DNA of 64,000 nucleotides from a virus: IMG/VR virus record IMGVR_UViG_3300036398_002581, positions 5,570 through 69,569 of that record; one strand, 5' to 3'. The position numbers were made by a program, and so were the translations under genes. Positions within the stretch are counted from its first letter, which is position 1; each line of letters starts with the position of its first letter. Below are positions 17,109 through 26,574 of this stretch, piece by piece. The notes under the pieces were generated by a model. That model saw only the letters and a list, made by a program, of their open reading frames with translations. It was not told where the DNA came from and searched no databases.

Positions 17109-17839
17109 TCTCCGGTTACCTCCTTGATCCACTCCCGATACAAACTCACCCGCGTGTGCGCCGTCTCCTCGCCCTGGCGGCTCTTCAGCGGCCCCCTCGG
17201 GGCCATCGTGAAGCTGTTGACCCCGGCCAGCTTGCCTCCGGCGAAAAGCGGGCCTCCTGAGTCCCCAGGCGAGATGCAGAACTCGAGCGTGCTCGTCCCA
17301 CACTGAGCGTGGCAGACGATGACCGACCGCTCGAACCGCTCGATCGTCTGCGTCCCCGCACGCAGCTTGCCGTCGTAACCCTCGTGGCCCGCAGTCAGCT
17401 TCCCGTAGAGTCCGTAGCCGACGATGCTGACCGTCTGCCCGACCTTCTCGTCGCCGTCGCTAAGTGGTGGGTAGTAGGCAATGCCAGCGGGCTTGTCACA
17501 GTGCAGCAGGGCCAGATCGTGAAATCCGTTCTTGTCGTCGTCCCAGTCCGGGTGGATGACAACTCGGTCAACCAGACGGTTCGACAGCGTGATCCCGCTG
17601 ACTCCGACTGCAACGTGCGCCGCCGTGATCGCCCAGTGCGGGGACAACAGAGTTGCCGTCGCCTCCGAGTATTTGCCGTCATCGTCGCGGCCGGAGAAGC
17701 GAACTGCGTAATCGCGGAATCGAGAACCGTACTCGATGTACCTCGCGTCCGGCACGGCGTCGTCGGTCGTGCCTGCCATCGCGGCGGGAACGCCCAGCAG
17801 GAAGGCGGCGAGAGCTTTGTCTTCGATGGGTGGGGTCAT
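17105..17839 (-). CDS. trypsin-like (S1) serine protease
   Basis: ITAAHV, DLALL, GDSGGPL catalytic triad. Confidence 0.9.
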   Translation of the reverse strand: MTPPIEDKALAAFLLGVPAAMAGTTDDAVPDARYIEYGSRFRDYAVRFSGRDDDGKYSEATATLLSPHWAITAAHVAVGVSGITLSNRLVDRVVIHPDWDDDKNGFHDLALLHCDKPAGIAYYPPLSDGDEKVGQTVSIVGYGLYGKLTAGHEGYDGKLRAGTQTIERFERSVIVCHAQCGTSTLEFCISPGDSGGPLFAGGKLAGVNSFTMAPRGPLKSRQGEETAHTRVSLYREWIKEVTGE

Positions 17840-17937
17840 TGTTTTACAATCCTGAATTCTGAACACCCGCACTTCGGGCACGGGCCATTCGACTGCTTCG
17901 GCTCGTTGCAGCGGTTGCAGAGGCGGGTCGAAGTCAT
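17836..17937 (-). CDS. small zinc-ribbon peptide (33 aa, CNRC...CPKC)
   Basis: ATGA-coupled at both ends. Confidence 0.45.
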   Translation of the reverse strand: MTSTRLCNRCNEPKQSNGPCPKCGCSEFRIVKQ

Positions 17938-18311
17938 CTCTCAACTCCAGCGACCGTTGTTCCTCGCAACTGACAGCCACCTGCGCTGATCACCAAAACC
18001 AACTCGCGCTCGTCGCTGAAGTATTCGCCCATCAGCCCAGCAATAGTCGCTTTCGCCGCAGGCCACGCGACACGCAGAAAGTTAGCAAGGAACTCCCTGT
18101 CGATGGCCGCGGCCCATGCTTTCCCGTCTTCGGAGATGACGTATTCCAAATAAGAAAACGCAGACGAGAAGTTGCGTCCGCTCTCATCCTCAAGGTCGGC
18201 GAAAACGACGACTTCGCTGCGAAAGTAAACGGCGTCCAGCAAAAGCATCAAGTCGACGTGCCTTCGCAGAAAGTCTTCGCGATCCTGAAAGGTGTTCATC
18301 GACCCTGTCAT
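17934..18311 (-). CDS. hypothetical protein
   Basis: Coupled ORF, lower GC. Confidence 0.55.
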   Translation of the reverse strand: MTGSMNTFQDREDFLRRHVDLMLLLDAVYFRSEVVVFADLEDESGRNFSSAFSYLEYVISEDGKAWAAAIDREFLANFLRVAWPAAKATIAGLMGEYFSDERELVLVISAGGCQLRGTTVAGVER

Positions 18312-19219
18312 CAGATCGACTCCGCGAGAGCTTCGTAGTCCAGGCCGTCGATCGTCGGGAACGCCTCGCCCGAGCAGAACTTCAGCATCTTCGGTCGCGC
18401 GCCGGATCGCTCTGCGTTGAACGCCTTGATCGCCTTGGCCGCGCGGCTCTGCCGAAGATCAACCCTATGCCCCTGCGAGATCAGAGTCTCCCGCAGGATG
18501 ACAAACGGTCGGCTGACATCTTCGTGCGGACCAGACAGGCAGTCGGCGAAATCCTTCGCCAGCCTGCGGCTCACGGTGCTAAACAGATAATGCAGCAGGT
18601 AGCCGTACTGGTTGTCGTAGAGCTTCGACTTTCGCATCGCCAACATCGAAGTACGGAGGCCGGGGTGAGCCCGCAGGACGCGATCGACCATCTGCGGCGT
18701 CACTTTGGTCGCCCCGGAGGTTGACACTCGAATGACGCCGCCGAAATCGACGAACGCGACGAACGCCTGGGCCGCAGCAGCAAGATTCGTCGAGTGTGCC
18801 TCGCCTTGCATCGACAGCGCGTCGGCCACCGAACGCTTCTTTCCGCCGTCGATCGTCTTGAACGCCTCGATGTCGACCCCTCTGACCAGCAAGCTATCGA
18901 ACGGGACGCCGCTCTGCACGCAGGCAGTAAGGCGATGCTGGCCGTTAAGGACACCGTCGTCTGCGTCAAGGATGATCGTCTCGCCGTTCATGATCATCTC
19001 GCCGCGCCGCATGATCTCGCAAAAATGCTTGATATGGGCCTTGTTGATCGGGCGGTTGTTTGTGTTGCGGGTCAGCATTTCTGCTGCCACCTCCGGCGTG
19101 ACGCGGACGATCGCAACCGTAACGCCGCCGTAGATGTCAGCCAACTCTTCACTCACCGAGACATCAAGACCCAATGCACACATCGAATTCTCCTTTTGTG
19201 GAAGTCCCCAAAACCTCAT
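18311..19219 (-). CDS. ParB/DGQHR-like domain protein
   Basis: VTPEVA..ML..N..NRP; NGETI; LNGQHRL. Confidence 0.7.
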   Translation of the reverse strand: MRFWGLPQKENSMCALGLDVSVSEELADIYGGVTVAIVRVTPEVAAEMLTRNTNNRPINKAHIKHFCEIMRRGEMIMNGETIILDADDGVLNGQHRLTACVQSGVPFDSLLVRGVDIEAFKTIDGGKKRSVADALSMQGEAHSTNLAAAAQAFVAFVDFGGVIRVSTSGATKVTPQMVDRVLRAHPGLRTSMLAMRKSKLYDNQYGYLLHYLFSTVSRRLAKDFADCLSGPHEDVSRPFVILRETLISQGHRVDLRQSRAAKAIKAFNAERSGARPKMLKFCSGEAFPTIDGLDYEALAESI

Positions 19220-19434
19220 CGCCCCTGCTCCTTCTCGAGCCAATCGGCTGCCTTCACCAGCCACGCCGCGACCTTCCGCAGCGCGTCTGGATTCTCCGAA
19301 TAGTCGGGATCGTCGTTCGTCGGCGGGACGCTGTCGAAGCGACAGTCGACATACGCCGCCGCCCCGTCCTCTGACGGCCTGCACACCATGCAGAACAACT
19401 CGTCGTCGATGTCGATCGGTGCAGGGGGTTTCAC
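19216..19434 (-). CDS. hypothetical protein
   Basis: GTG start, coupled. Confidence 0.5.
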   Translation of the reverse strand: MKPPAPIDIDDELFCMVCRPSEDGAAAYVDCRFDSVPPTNDDPDYSENPDALRKVAAWLVKAADWLEKEQGR

Positions 19435-19556
19435 TTGTCCCTCGTCATGTACGGGATGAGGCTGATGTACACGACCGCCCCAACGAACACGAGGAGCGTC
19501 GCGACGTTCAGCCAGACGCTGATCGACTGTTCGATTTCGTTCATGCCCAAGAGCAT
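19431..19556 (-). CDS. small single-TM protein (41 aa)
   Basis: VWLNVATLLVFVGAVVYISLI; coupled. Confidence 0.45.
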   Translation of the reverse strand: MLLGMNEIEQSISVWLNVATLLVFVGAVVYISLIPYMTRDK

Positions 19557-19798
19557 CACTCACCGTTGAGAAATTGGAACCACGTTCGGGCCGGTTTCTT
19601 GAGCTGCTCGACATCGAACAGCACCGAGGCCCACGACTTCTCCAGAGCCTCGACGCGGGCAGTCAGGGCGGCGAGCCCCCTGCTAGTGACAACCACCATG
19701 CGGTCTGTCGACTCGCCCTCCTCGCGTAGCTCGTGGACCGTCTTCGCGATACCGGCGAGAGACTGCTCGACGCTGAAAGCTGGCTTCTTCTTGCTCAC
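19556..19798 (-). CDS. hypothetical protein
   Basis: ORF in operon. Confidence 0.55.
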   Translation of the reverse strand: MSKKKPAFSVEQSLAGIAKTVHELREEGESTDRMVVVTSRGLAALTARVEALEKSWASVLFDVEQLKKPARTWFQFLNGE

Positions 19799-19861
19799 GA
19801 CTTCACCCCTTCTTCGATTTAAACACGACGATGCCTTACACCACTCACGCGGTGACGTTGA

Positions 19862-20044
19862 TCACGACGCCGTCTCCTTCGGCGGAGCCCGATAGATCAG
19901 CTCCTCACGCACGATCTTGACGTGCTTGGGTGCGTCGATGACCAGACGCACCGTCTTGCCGACCACGGATTCCACCGTGATCTCGATATGCGGTCGATCC
20001 AGAATCAGCTTCTGACCGGGGCGACGTGTTAAGCAGAGTGGCAT
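19862..20044 (-). CDS. csrA: CsrA/RsmA-family translational regulator
   Basis: LCLTRRPGQKLIL...ITV..V.GKTVRLVIDAPKHVKIVREEL. Confidence 0.85.
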   Translation of the reverse strand: MPLCLTRRPGQKLILDRPHIEITVESVVGKTVRLVIDAPKHVKIVREELIYRAPPKETAS

Positions 20045-20074
20045 ACGGGAATCCTTTCCGTTGTGTGCGGCAGT

Positions 20075-20103
20075 AGCCTACCGGGTACCAAGTGTCCTGT
20101 CCA
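20075..20103 (-). promoter_or_regulatory. putative promoter TGGACA-17-TAGGCT for csrA
   Basis: Sigma70 consensus similarity. Confidence 0.45.
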
Positions 20104-20557
20104 GATGTCTTTTGCACTCGTCCTTCACCATCGATCGCGGGTGGCTTTCAGCCGCCCACTTCAGGTAGTCCATGCCGCGAGGCTGCTTCTCGACCTCGGC
20201 GAGAGTCAGGCCAGCGAAGCGACCGTCTCGCAGGACGAACTCCTGCTCGCGCGGCTTTAGATGCCCCTTGATCGCCTTGACCCACTGGCCGGTGCCGCAG
20301 AACACGCACGCCAGATACCACTCGCCGTGATCCTCGTGCAGGATGTCGTGGCACTGCGTGCCGCAGCGGCCGTCGGCGCAGTCGTAGGTGTGGTCGATCA
20401 TCCCGATGGGGAGGATCGCCCTAGTGGGCAATTCCCCTATATAAATAGGCGTTTTTTCGGGTTCCTGTTCTGGAACCGTCTGCGGCGCGCTTGGCCGTTT
20501 TGCCGACCCCCTCCGTCTGGTCGGCTCATCGGGAGAAACGTCGAAGAGCAGGCTCAT
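20078..20557 (-). CDS. hypothetical protein with Zn-binding motifs
   Basis: Cys motifs; GRFAG.TL.EV...YLKW C-terminus. Confidence 0.6.
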   Translation of the reverse strand: MSLLFDVSPDEPTRRRGSAKRPSAPQTVPEQEPEKTPIYIGELPTRAILPIGMIDHTYDCADGRCGTQCHDILHEDHGEWYLACVFCGTGQWVKAIKGHLKPREQEFVLRDGRFAGLTLAEVEKQPRGMDYLKWAAESHPRSMVKDECKRHLDRTLGTR

Positions 20558-22206
20558 ATTGGCATCTCCATCCGGTACTTTTCGCGGGGGTCATGGGCCA
20601 CGATCAACTTGCGCTTGGCTCTGGTGACGGCGACGTACTCGATCCGCCGTTCCTCGTCGTGACGCTCCTGGCTGTTTTCCTCGCTTTCTCGGATTCGGCG
20701 GCCAATGCTCGATAGCACGATTACCTTGGACGCCTCTTGTCCCTTGACCGCATGGATAGTGCCTACTTTGACCTTCGGGTTCGTCACATGCTCCAGGCCA
20801 TACCGCTTGGCCGCCGAGGCCCACTTCGACCCGCCGTCTGGCAGGCCGCTCCAGGCTCCGCTAGCAATGGCATCACGCAGTTGGTCAGTGGCCCCGACCG
20901 CCGGCAAATCCTCGGGGAAGAGGATGTCGAAGCGATCCTTGAGCCCCTTGTTCCATTGGCTCTTCGATCCCCGCATCAGCCACGTTCGCCCGTCCGAAGT
21001 CTTGCTAGGTAGGATATCGATCGCCTGAGACCATTCGTCTGCGGTCGCACCCATGCCATGCTGGAGCTTCCATAGGCCCGCCATGCCGATGTCGCGATTG
21101 TAGGAGCCCTGCTTGGCCTTCACACGGCGAAACGGCACACCAACGTCGTCAAGGATGGCAGCGATCCGGCCGACGTGCCGGTTTGTCCTAGCGATCACCA
21201 GCGTCTCCTCCCGCGGGTCGATGTCGGCGAGGTCGTCCTCGAAGTTCTCGCTCTCCTCAACGCAGCCGTCATGATCGGCCGGGGCGATCCCGCGGTCCCA
21301 GTAGTCGTGCAGACGCTGGAGGCAACGCTCGCCCAGCTCGAGGATCGGCTTCGCACAGCGGTAGCTCTTCGGCATGATCTTCTGGTTCTTCCCGACATCC
21401 CATGCCATGAAATACTTGCTCGATGCCCCCGCCCACGAGTACAGAACTTGGTATGGATCGCCAACCGCCCAAGCCCACCGGCATGCGTCCCCCGTCAGCA
21501 GCCTCTGGCAGGCCATGTCCAGCAGCCGGCTGGCATCCTGGGCCTCGTCGAAAATCCATCCCACGACGGTATCCGGCACCAGACCCTCTGGCGCGATCAT
21601 CTCCGGCCCCGTCTTCGGGTCGTTCCTGACCCCCGCGAACCGGCAGAGCATGTCTGTGAAGTCGGTCCTCCCATCCAGACGCTTCGCTGCTTCGTACATC
21701 TCGACTCTCTGGATCACCTCGTCGGCCCCCGGAGCGTCGGGCGACTGATCGGCATCGACGATCTGCCGCAGGGGCACGACCATGCTCCGGGCGAACGACC
21801 AGTAATTGAGCGCAGCAGCCGCCACAGGGTCGCCAATGTAGAGAGCGACCCCGCCGTCATCCTCGTCGATGGAGCACTGCACGTCGCTCCCCAGGGCCTC
21901 AGAGACCCATTTGTCGTCCTCCTTGCCTCCGCCCAGTGTTTCCCCCTTCTGGATGCCAAGCTGCTTGTAGGCGACGCTGTGTGCCGTCCTGAACCAGCCG
22001 TGGCGTTCAAGGTCGCCCTGCTTCATCCCCCAGGCCGACGCCGCGCGACTCGCGGCCTCCGACCTTGCAGCCCGCGTGAAGCTGGAGAAGCCAATAGCGA
22101 ATGGGTTACCTGCGACCTCTGGGCGATCCATCGCTTTCTCGGCGATGTCCAACATCATCCTCGTTTTGCCAGTTCCAGCCCCTCCGATGACCCTTGCGAC
22201 TTGCAT
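20554..22206 (-). CDS. UvrD/Rep-like SF1 helicase
   Basis: GGAGTGKT, FDEAQD, VGDPYQ, SYRC, TIHAVKGQE, YVAVTRAK. Confidence 0.92.
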   Translation of the reverse strand: MQVARVIGGAGTGKTRMMLDIAEKAMDRPEVAGNPFAIGFSSFTRAARSEAASRAASAWGMKQGDLERHGWFRTAHSVAYKQLGIQKGETLGGGKEDDKWVSEALGSDVQCSIDEDDGGVALYIGDPVAAAALNYWSFARSMVVPLRQIVDADQSPDAPGADEVIQRVEMYEAAKRLDGRTDFTDMLCRFAGVRNDPKTGPEMIAPEGLVPDTVVGWIFDEAQDASRLLDMACQRLLTGDACRWAWAVGDPYQVLYSWAGASSKYFMAWDVGKNQKIMPKSYRCAKPILELGERCLQRLHDYWDRGIAPADHDGCVEESENFEDDLADIDPREETLVIARTNRHVGRIAAILDDVGVPFRRVKAKQGSYNRDIGMAGLWKLQHGMGATADEWSQAIDILPSKTSDGRTWLMRGSKSQWNKGLKDRFDILFPEDLPAVGATDQLRDAIASGAWSGLPDGGSKWASAAKRYGLEHVTNPKVKVGTIHAVKGQEASKVIVLSSIGRRIRESEENSQERHDEERRIEYVAVTRAKRKLIVAHDPREKYRMEMPI

Positions 22207-22280
22207 GACGGAAAACCTCCTTGTTGTAAGTCCCTGAAAACAAACACTTTACGAACACTGACGCCGAATCGGCGTCTTTT

Positions 22281-24137
22281 TCAAAATTCCGCGTCAGTCG
22301 TAAGTCCTTGCGCAGCAACGAGTTGCGACCCAGGACGCGGAATACGGGGTTCCTGAGCAGTTTTTTCACCCTCGACCCCTATCGGAACCCCCGTATTAAG
22401 GGCGAATTCCCCGTCAGTCGCCGTTGCCCCCTCGGCAAGAGACTGAACAGCCTCGATCCACTCTGGAGAAAAGACCGTGAACGAGTGCCGAACAGTCCCG
22501 AATGAGTGCCGCCGCTCGGGGATGTCGGCCGCCTGCATCCTCGTGCAGATCAAATGCCGCATCCTGATCCGTTCCCCAGCCTGAACGTCGTGCGTTCGAC
22601 CGATGTCTTCCCAAACCTTTGTCCACTTGAACCAGAGTTCATCCGGCTTCACCCAGCATGGGCGACCAGACACGTTCGGCTCCGGCTTATCCTCGTCTCG
22701 CGGCTGCGTCGCCTTGCCGAATGTCTCGAGCAAGTAAGCCGCCAGGGTGGCGAATCGCAGGCTTGAGGCTCCAACGTGAATGTCGGCTTCCTTGTCTGCC
22801 TGCTTCTTGTCCACCAGCTTCTCGACGAGTCCACGAATCTTGGGCTTGGTCTTGCTGCCCTCCTGGCCCCGCCAGACCCGTTCCCACTCGCCGCGGTCGC
22901 CGTCAAGGATCACCCGCCGAGTCGCCGAGAAGACCTTGTTCGCCACCTTCGTTGCCGACCGGAATTCGTCGAACGCGAACGTCACCTTGCCCTTGCAAGG
23001 CGTGTCCTTCCACTGGTTGACGCACAGGACGATCTCGGGCGGGTCAGACTGAATCATCTGAATCTCCCAGCAGCCTGGGAGCCACTCGCCTTCCGACCAA
23101 CCATCGACTGGCTTCCACTCAAGCCCCTGCATGGCGTATCCGCTCACCGACTTCTTCACATCACCTGCGGCAGCCTTTTCGCCGATCTTCTTGGCGGTCT
23201 CCTCGATGTCCGCTTTTTTCTTAGGCACCATCTCGCCGGCCTGCTCAAGGTCGCGTCGATGCGACACGCACGAATGAACAATGCTCCATATCTCTTCGCG
23301 AGACTTTGGAGGCTTGCATCGTTGCAGGTTCGTGTTCCATACAAGCCCGAAGATGTCCTCCTGTTCGTCGTCGTCCTCGTAGAAGTCATTCCTCATCACA
23401 AGCTTGGTTGCGAGTGCCAATAGCGTTGGGTGCCTTGAGCCTTCGTTCACGTCGCCGTGTATGACCTGACGAGAAGACTTTGCTTTTGCGTTCGGCCTCC
23501 CGTTCACGCGGCCACTAACGATCGCACGCGCCAGCTCTTCTGGAACCTTTGCAAGCTCAACCTCGTCGATGCGAAGTGTCGGCTTCCACTTGTATTGCAC
23601 GCCCTTCCAGTGCCACGAGCACGGGATCACGCTCTGGGAAGCCTTCTTGCCGACGCCTAGCCGAACCTCGAGGCCGTTCGGATACACGACCGCCTTGTCG
23701 GTCTGGCTGAACCGATCGTCCCAGAGGAAGAGCCGGTGCTCAGACCGACCAGACGAATATGTCGGCGTGGCGATCCTTGTCAGCCCGATCTGTTCGGCGT
23801 ACTGCTGACCCGCTGGATCATCCCACTCAATATCGATGATCCCCGTGGTTGGCCCTAGAACGACGCCGATGTTGAACGGCACGCCGTCTCGCTCGTACTC
23901 TTCAAGCCAAGCCTCAACATCGTCTTCAGTCCGCGCCACCCGGTGCTGCCAGCCATCGCCACCGGAAGGGTGCTTGCCGCACTGCTTCTTGACGGAGCCG
24001 TCGATATGATGCCCGTCCTTGCCGCAGGTGCAGAAACCGTCAGGCGTGATGCCGTGAAGCTTCGCCACGCGGCCGCCGACGGCGATCATCGCGCAGGCTT
24101 CCCTGAAGACCGCGTTCACGTCGAATTCAAAGACCAT
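22281..24137 (-). CDS. bifunctional DNA primase/polymerase with PriCT-like domain
   Basis: C.CG...CGKHP, NIG, IDIEWD, EGSRHPTL, N.QRCKPP. Confidence 0.85.
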   Translation of the reverse strand: MVFEFDVNAVFREACAMIAVGGRVAKLHGITPDGFCTCGKDGHHIDGSVKKQCGKHPSGGDGWQHRVARTEDDVEAWLEEYERDGVPFNIGVVLGPTTGIIDIEWDDPAGQQYAEQIGLTRIATPTYSSGRSEHRLFLWDDRFSQTDKAVVYPNGLEVRLGVGKKASQSVIPCSWHWKGVQYKWKPTLRIDEVELAKVPEELARAIVSGRVNGRPNAKAKSSRQVIHGDVNEGSRHPTLLALATKLVMRNDFYEDDDEQEDIFGLVWNTNLQRCKPPKSREEIWSIVHSCVSHRRDLEQAGEMVPKKKADIEETAKKIGEKAAAGDVKKSVSGYAMQGLEWKPVDGWSEGEWLPGCWEIQMIQSDPPEIVLCVNQWKDTPCKGKVTFAFDEFRSATKVANKVFSATRRVILDGDRGEWERVWRGQEGSKTKPKIRGLVEKLVDKKQADKEADIHVGASSLRFATLAAYLLETFGKATQPRDEDKPEPNVSGRPCWVKPDELWFKWTKVWEDIGRTHDVQAGERIRMRHLICTRMQAADIPERRHSFGTVRHSFTVFSPEWIEAVQSLAEGATATDGEFALNTGVPIGVEGEKTAQEPRIPRPGSQLVAAQGLTTDAEF

Positions 24138-24182
24138 GATGTACCTCCATGTATTGCCAAGAAAAAAGCCCTCCCCTCCCAC

Positions 24183-25013
24183 TCACGTCCCAATCCTCCA
24201 CTCCGGGCAGACCCACTTAGACCGCCAGTTCAAAGGCTCGCTCATCGCAAAAACCTTCGACCACTCATTCAGATAAAAGCTGCCGATGGCTTCGTCTTCG
24301 ACGATGATGGCGTTTTCGCGGCTCCTAGTCCCGTTGGCTGTGGGGTTGAACGAGCCTGTCCACACGCTTTTCGGCGAGAAAATTGGATAATCTTCGCCGG
24401 ACACGTTGCATTTCCCGAAGGACACGCGGCAGCTAACGGCAAACTTGTGGTGCATCCTCGGAGAAGCTGCTCTTCGATCAGTGTTTGCCACACCAGCGCA
24501 TCGAACGGCCTCAACTCTTGGGTCTGAGCAAACGGATAAATCGCGTGCGTAGAACGGAAGACTCATACGTCCGAAAGGGCATTTGAGCGCCGCGTATTTT
24601 CGACGAAGCGTTGCGTTTGAGCTTCTTGCGTGTCCAGCGTCAGGCCGAAGGAAATCCTCCTTCTGGACGACGACTTGGCACCCGTGCTCGACAGACGCGA
24701 GAGCGTCAAGGACTTTGTAATTGGTAAGCCATGCGAAGCATGCAAAGACGAAGTCGCTGCCTTCAATGAAGTTCGCCAGCGACTTCTCGAGGTTCCCTGC
24801 CAAGGCGACAACAAGGCCAAAAAATTTGCCATTGCCCGGCGATGAAAACTCATTCATCCGACACAAGTGGTAATCGCAATGTCCCGCCTCTGACAGCCTG
24901 CTAGGAAGACCGTATTGATCAACCACCACCTTGCTGACAAGCGGCACATCCTCGCCGTCCGCGTGCTCGACGCGAAGTTCGTTCCAGTTGACTTGGCCGC
25001 CGTTCATTTCCAT
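24183..25013 (-). CDS. phospholipase D-family (HKD-type) nuclease
   Basis: AWLTN, MHHKF, VWTGSFNPT...S.EN. Confidence 0.8.
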   Translation of the reverse strand: MEMNGGQVNWNELRVEHADGEDVPLVSKVVVDQYGLPSRLSEAGHCDYHLCRMNEFSSPGNGKFFGLVVALAGNLEKSLANFIEGSDFVFACFAWLTNYKVLDALASVEHGCQVVVQKEDFLRPDAGHARSSNATLRRKYAALKCPFGRMSLPFYARDLSVCSDPRVEAVRCAGVANTDRRAASPRMHHKFAVSCRVSFGKCNVSGEDYPIFSPKSVWTGSFNPTANGTRSRENAIIVEDEAIGSFYLNEWSKVFAMSEPLNWRSKWVCPEWRIGT

Positions 25014-25042
25014 TGCTTGGTTTCTCCTTGTTGTTGTTGGTT

Positions 25043-25088
25043 AAAAGACCCCCCTGCGGAGCCGCCATCACTGGCGACCCCGCAGGGG
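25043..25088 (-). terminator. intrinsic terminator after the SSB-like gene
   Basis: CCCCTGCGG...CCGCAGGGG stem followed by TCTTTT on the minus strand. Confidence 0.65.
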
Positions 25089-25234
25089 TATGAGTCCCGC
25101 CCGTCCAGGCCCGCGGGAAAGGTGACGCGGGTTATCTGGACCGACTTCCGGCGTTACGACGCCACTAACCGGCTAGGCGACCGGGCGGTCGGACGATGAG
25201 CCAACCGCTATGGCCGCCGGCCCAGCCGGCTGAA

Positions 25235-26020
25235 TCACTCGTCGTCGCCGATGTCCGCGGCCGACACCGTCGCCCCGGCGGGGGGCGTGTTGAACATCTG
25301 CGTCAGCGGGGTGTGGTAGACCTTCTCGGCCACCGCCCCCTGCTCCTCGGAGATCGTGCCGACGGTGCGGAACACGATCTGCGAGTACGGCTGACCCCCA
25401 GAGTTCTTGATCTTCTGGAGCTTCAGCCCGATCACGCACTCGTAGGAGAAGCTGGGCAGACGCTTCCGAAACGGCAGCCAGCTCGCAAGCGACCCAGGCC
25501 CGACGGTCACGAGGATCGGCCACGTCTCGCCCTCACGCAGGATGGCGAGCACGCGGGATTCCTTGACCTTCCGCGACCGGCCGCCGGCCTTGCCGGACCC
25601 CCAGCCAAACTCTGGTCCGGTGGACAATGCCGCCCAATCGAAACGACGGTCGCCGATCCGATACTTCTCCAGAGCCTTGGGGTCACAGTCTCCCAGGTCA
25701 TCACTCACACGGTAGCCGACGATCAGATCGTGCGTCACGATCACGGGCCTCATGTCCGACGGGTCATCCTTCGGCCACAGGGTTCCGCGGCGGCCCTCGG
25801 CGACGAGCAGGCCGACGATCTCCTCGGTCGTCTCGACATTTCCCTGGTTGTCGATCGCCCAGACGGTCCCGCCGCCTGCCGGCGTCGGAACCTTGATGAG
25901 GTCTTGCTCCCTCATCGGCTCACCCTCGAGGTTCGACTGGATGATCCTCGCCTGCCGGCTGGTCGGCGAGAGCGAGGGGTAGTCGATCGTCTTCACGTTC
26001 GTCGAAATCGCAGTGCTCAT
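25235..26020 (-). CDS. putative single-stranded DNA-binding/annealing protein
   Basis: Replication module position; acidic C-terminus IGDDE. Confidence 0.55.
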   Translation of the reverse strand: MSTAISTNVKTIDYPSLSPTSRQARIIQSNLEGEPMREQDLIKVPTPAGGGTVWAIDNQGNVETTEEIVGLLVAEGRRGTLWPKDDPSDMRPVIVTHDLIVGYRVSDDLGDCDPKALEKYRIGDRRFDWAALSTGPEFGWGSGKAGGRSRKVKESRVLAILREGETWPILVTVGPGSLASWLPFRKRLPSFSYECVIGLKLQKIKNSGGQPYSQIVFRTVGTISEEQGAVAEKVYHTPLTQMFNTPPAGATVSAADIGDDE

Positions 26021-26094
26021 GATTTGCTCCTTGAGCTTTCCTATCGATCCATCAACACACGCCAGCGAGGCAACACACCCCGCTGGCAATCAAC

Positions 26095-26574
26095 TCAGAA
26101 CGGGGCTGCCTCGTTGGTCGTTGCCCCCGGAATCGTCAGGTGCCGAAGTTCAGGACGGACGTACTCGCTGACGATGCCAGCGAACGGAGTCCCCTCGGCC
26201 CAGGGCTGGCGGGCGTCCCTGCCCGCAGCCTGCGACATCTCTTTGAGCAGGCTCTTCAGTCGGGTCGTGTTGACGCCGACCAACTGGGCCTCCATCCCCG
26301 CTGCTCGTGCCGCGGCCAGAATCGCGTCCTGCTTTTCTGCCGTGGCGGTCACCGAGTGAACCCACTCGATCCGCCAACTCCGTCCGGCGACTCGCACTCC
26401 GTCGAGTCTTCCTGCCGTCATTTCCTCCACGGCAATGCTCGCGAGCTTGTCGCGGCGCTTCTTCAGTTCCTTGACAGCCATTTCCGCCGAGTCGATCTCT
26501 CGGTCGATTCTGGAGATCGCCTCAAGCGCGCTCGACAGCGGTGTGTCTTGCTCTGTAGCCTTCGCAGATGACAT
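26095..26574 (-). CDS. hypothetical replication-module protein (coiled coil)
   Basis: ORF between SNF2 and the SSB-like gene. Confidence 0.6.
   Translation of the reverse strand: MSSAKATEQDTPLSSALEAISRIDREIDSAEMAVKELKKRRDKLASIAVEEMTAGRLDGVRVAGRSWRIEWVHSVTATAEKQDAILAAARAAGMEAQLVGVNTTRLKSLLKEMSQAAGRDARQPWAEGTPFAGIVSEYVRPELRHLTIPGATTNEAAPF

Noticed and set aside
21175-22356. Long plus-strand ORFs opposite helicases, TMP, portal and similar genes
   Set aside because: Antisense shadows typical of high-GC coding DNA; no motifs or RBS
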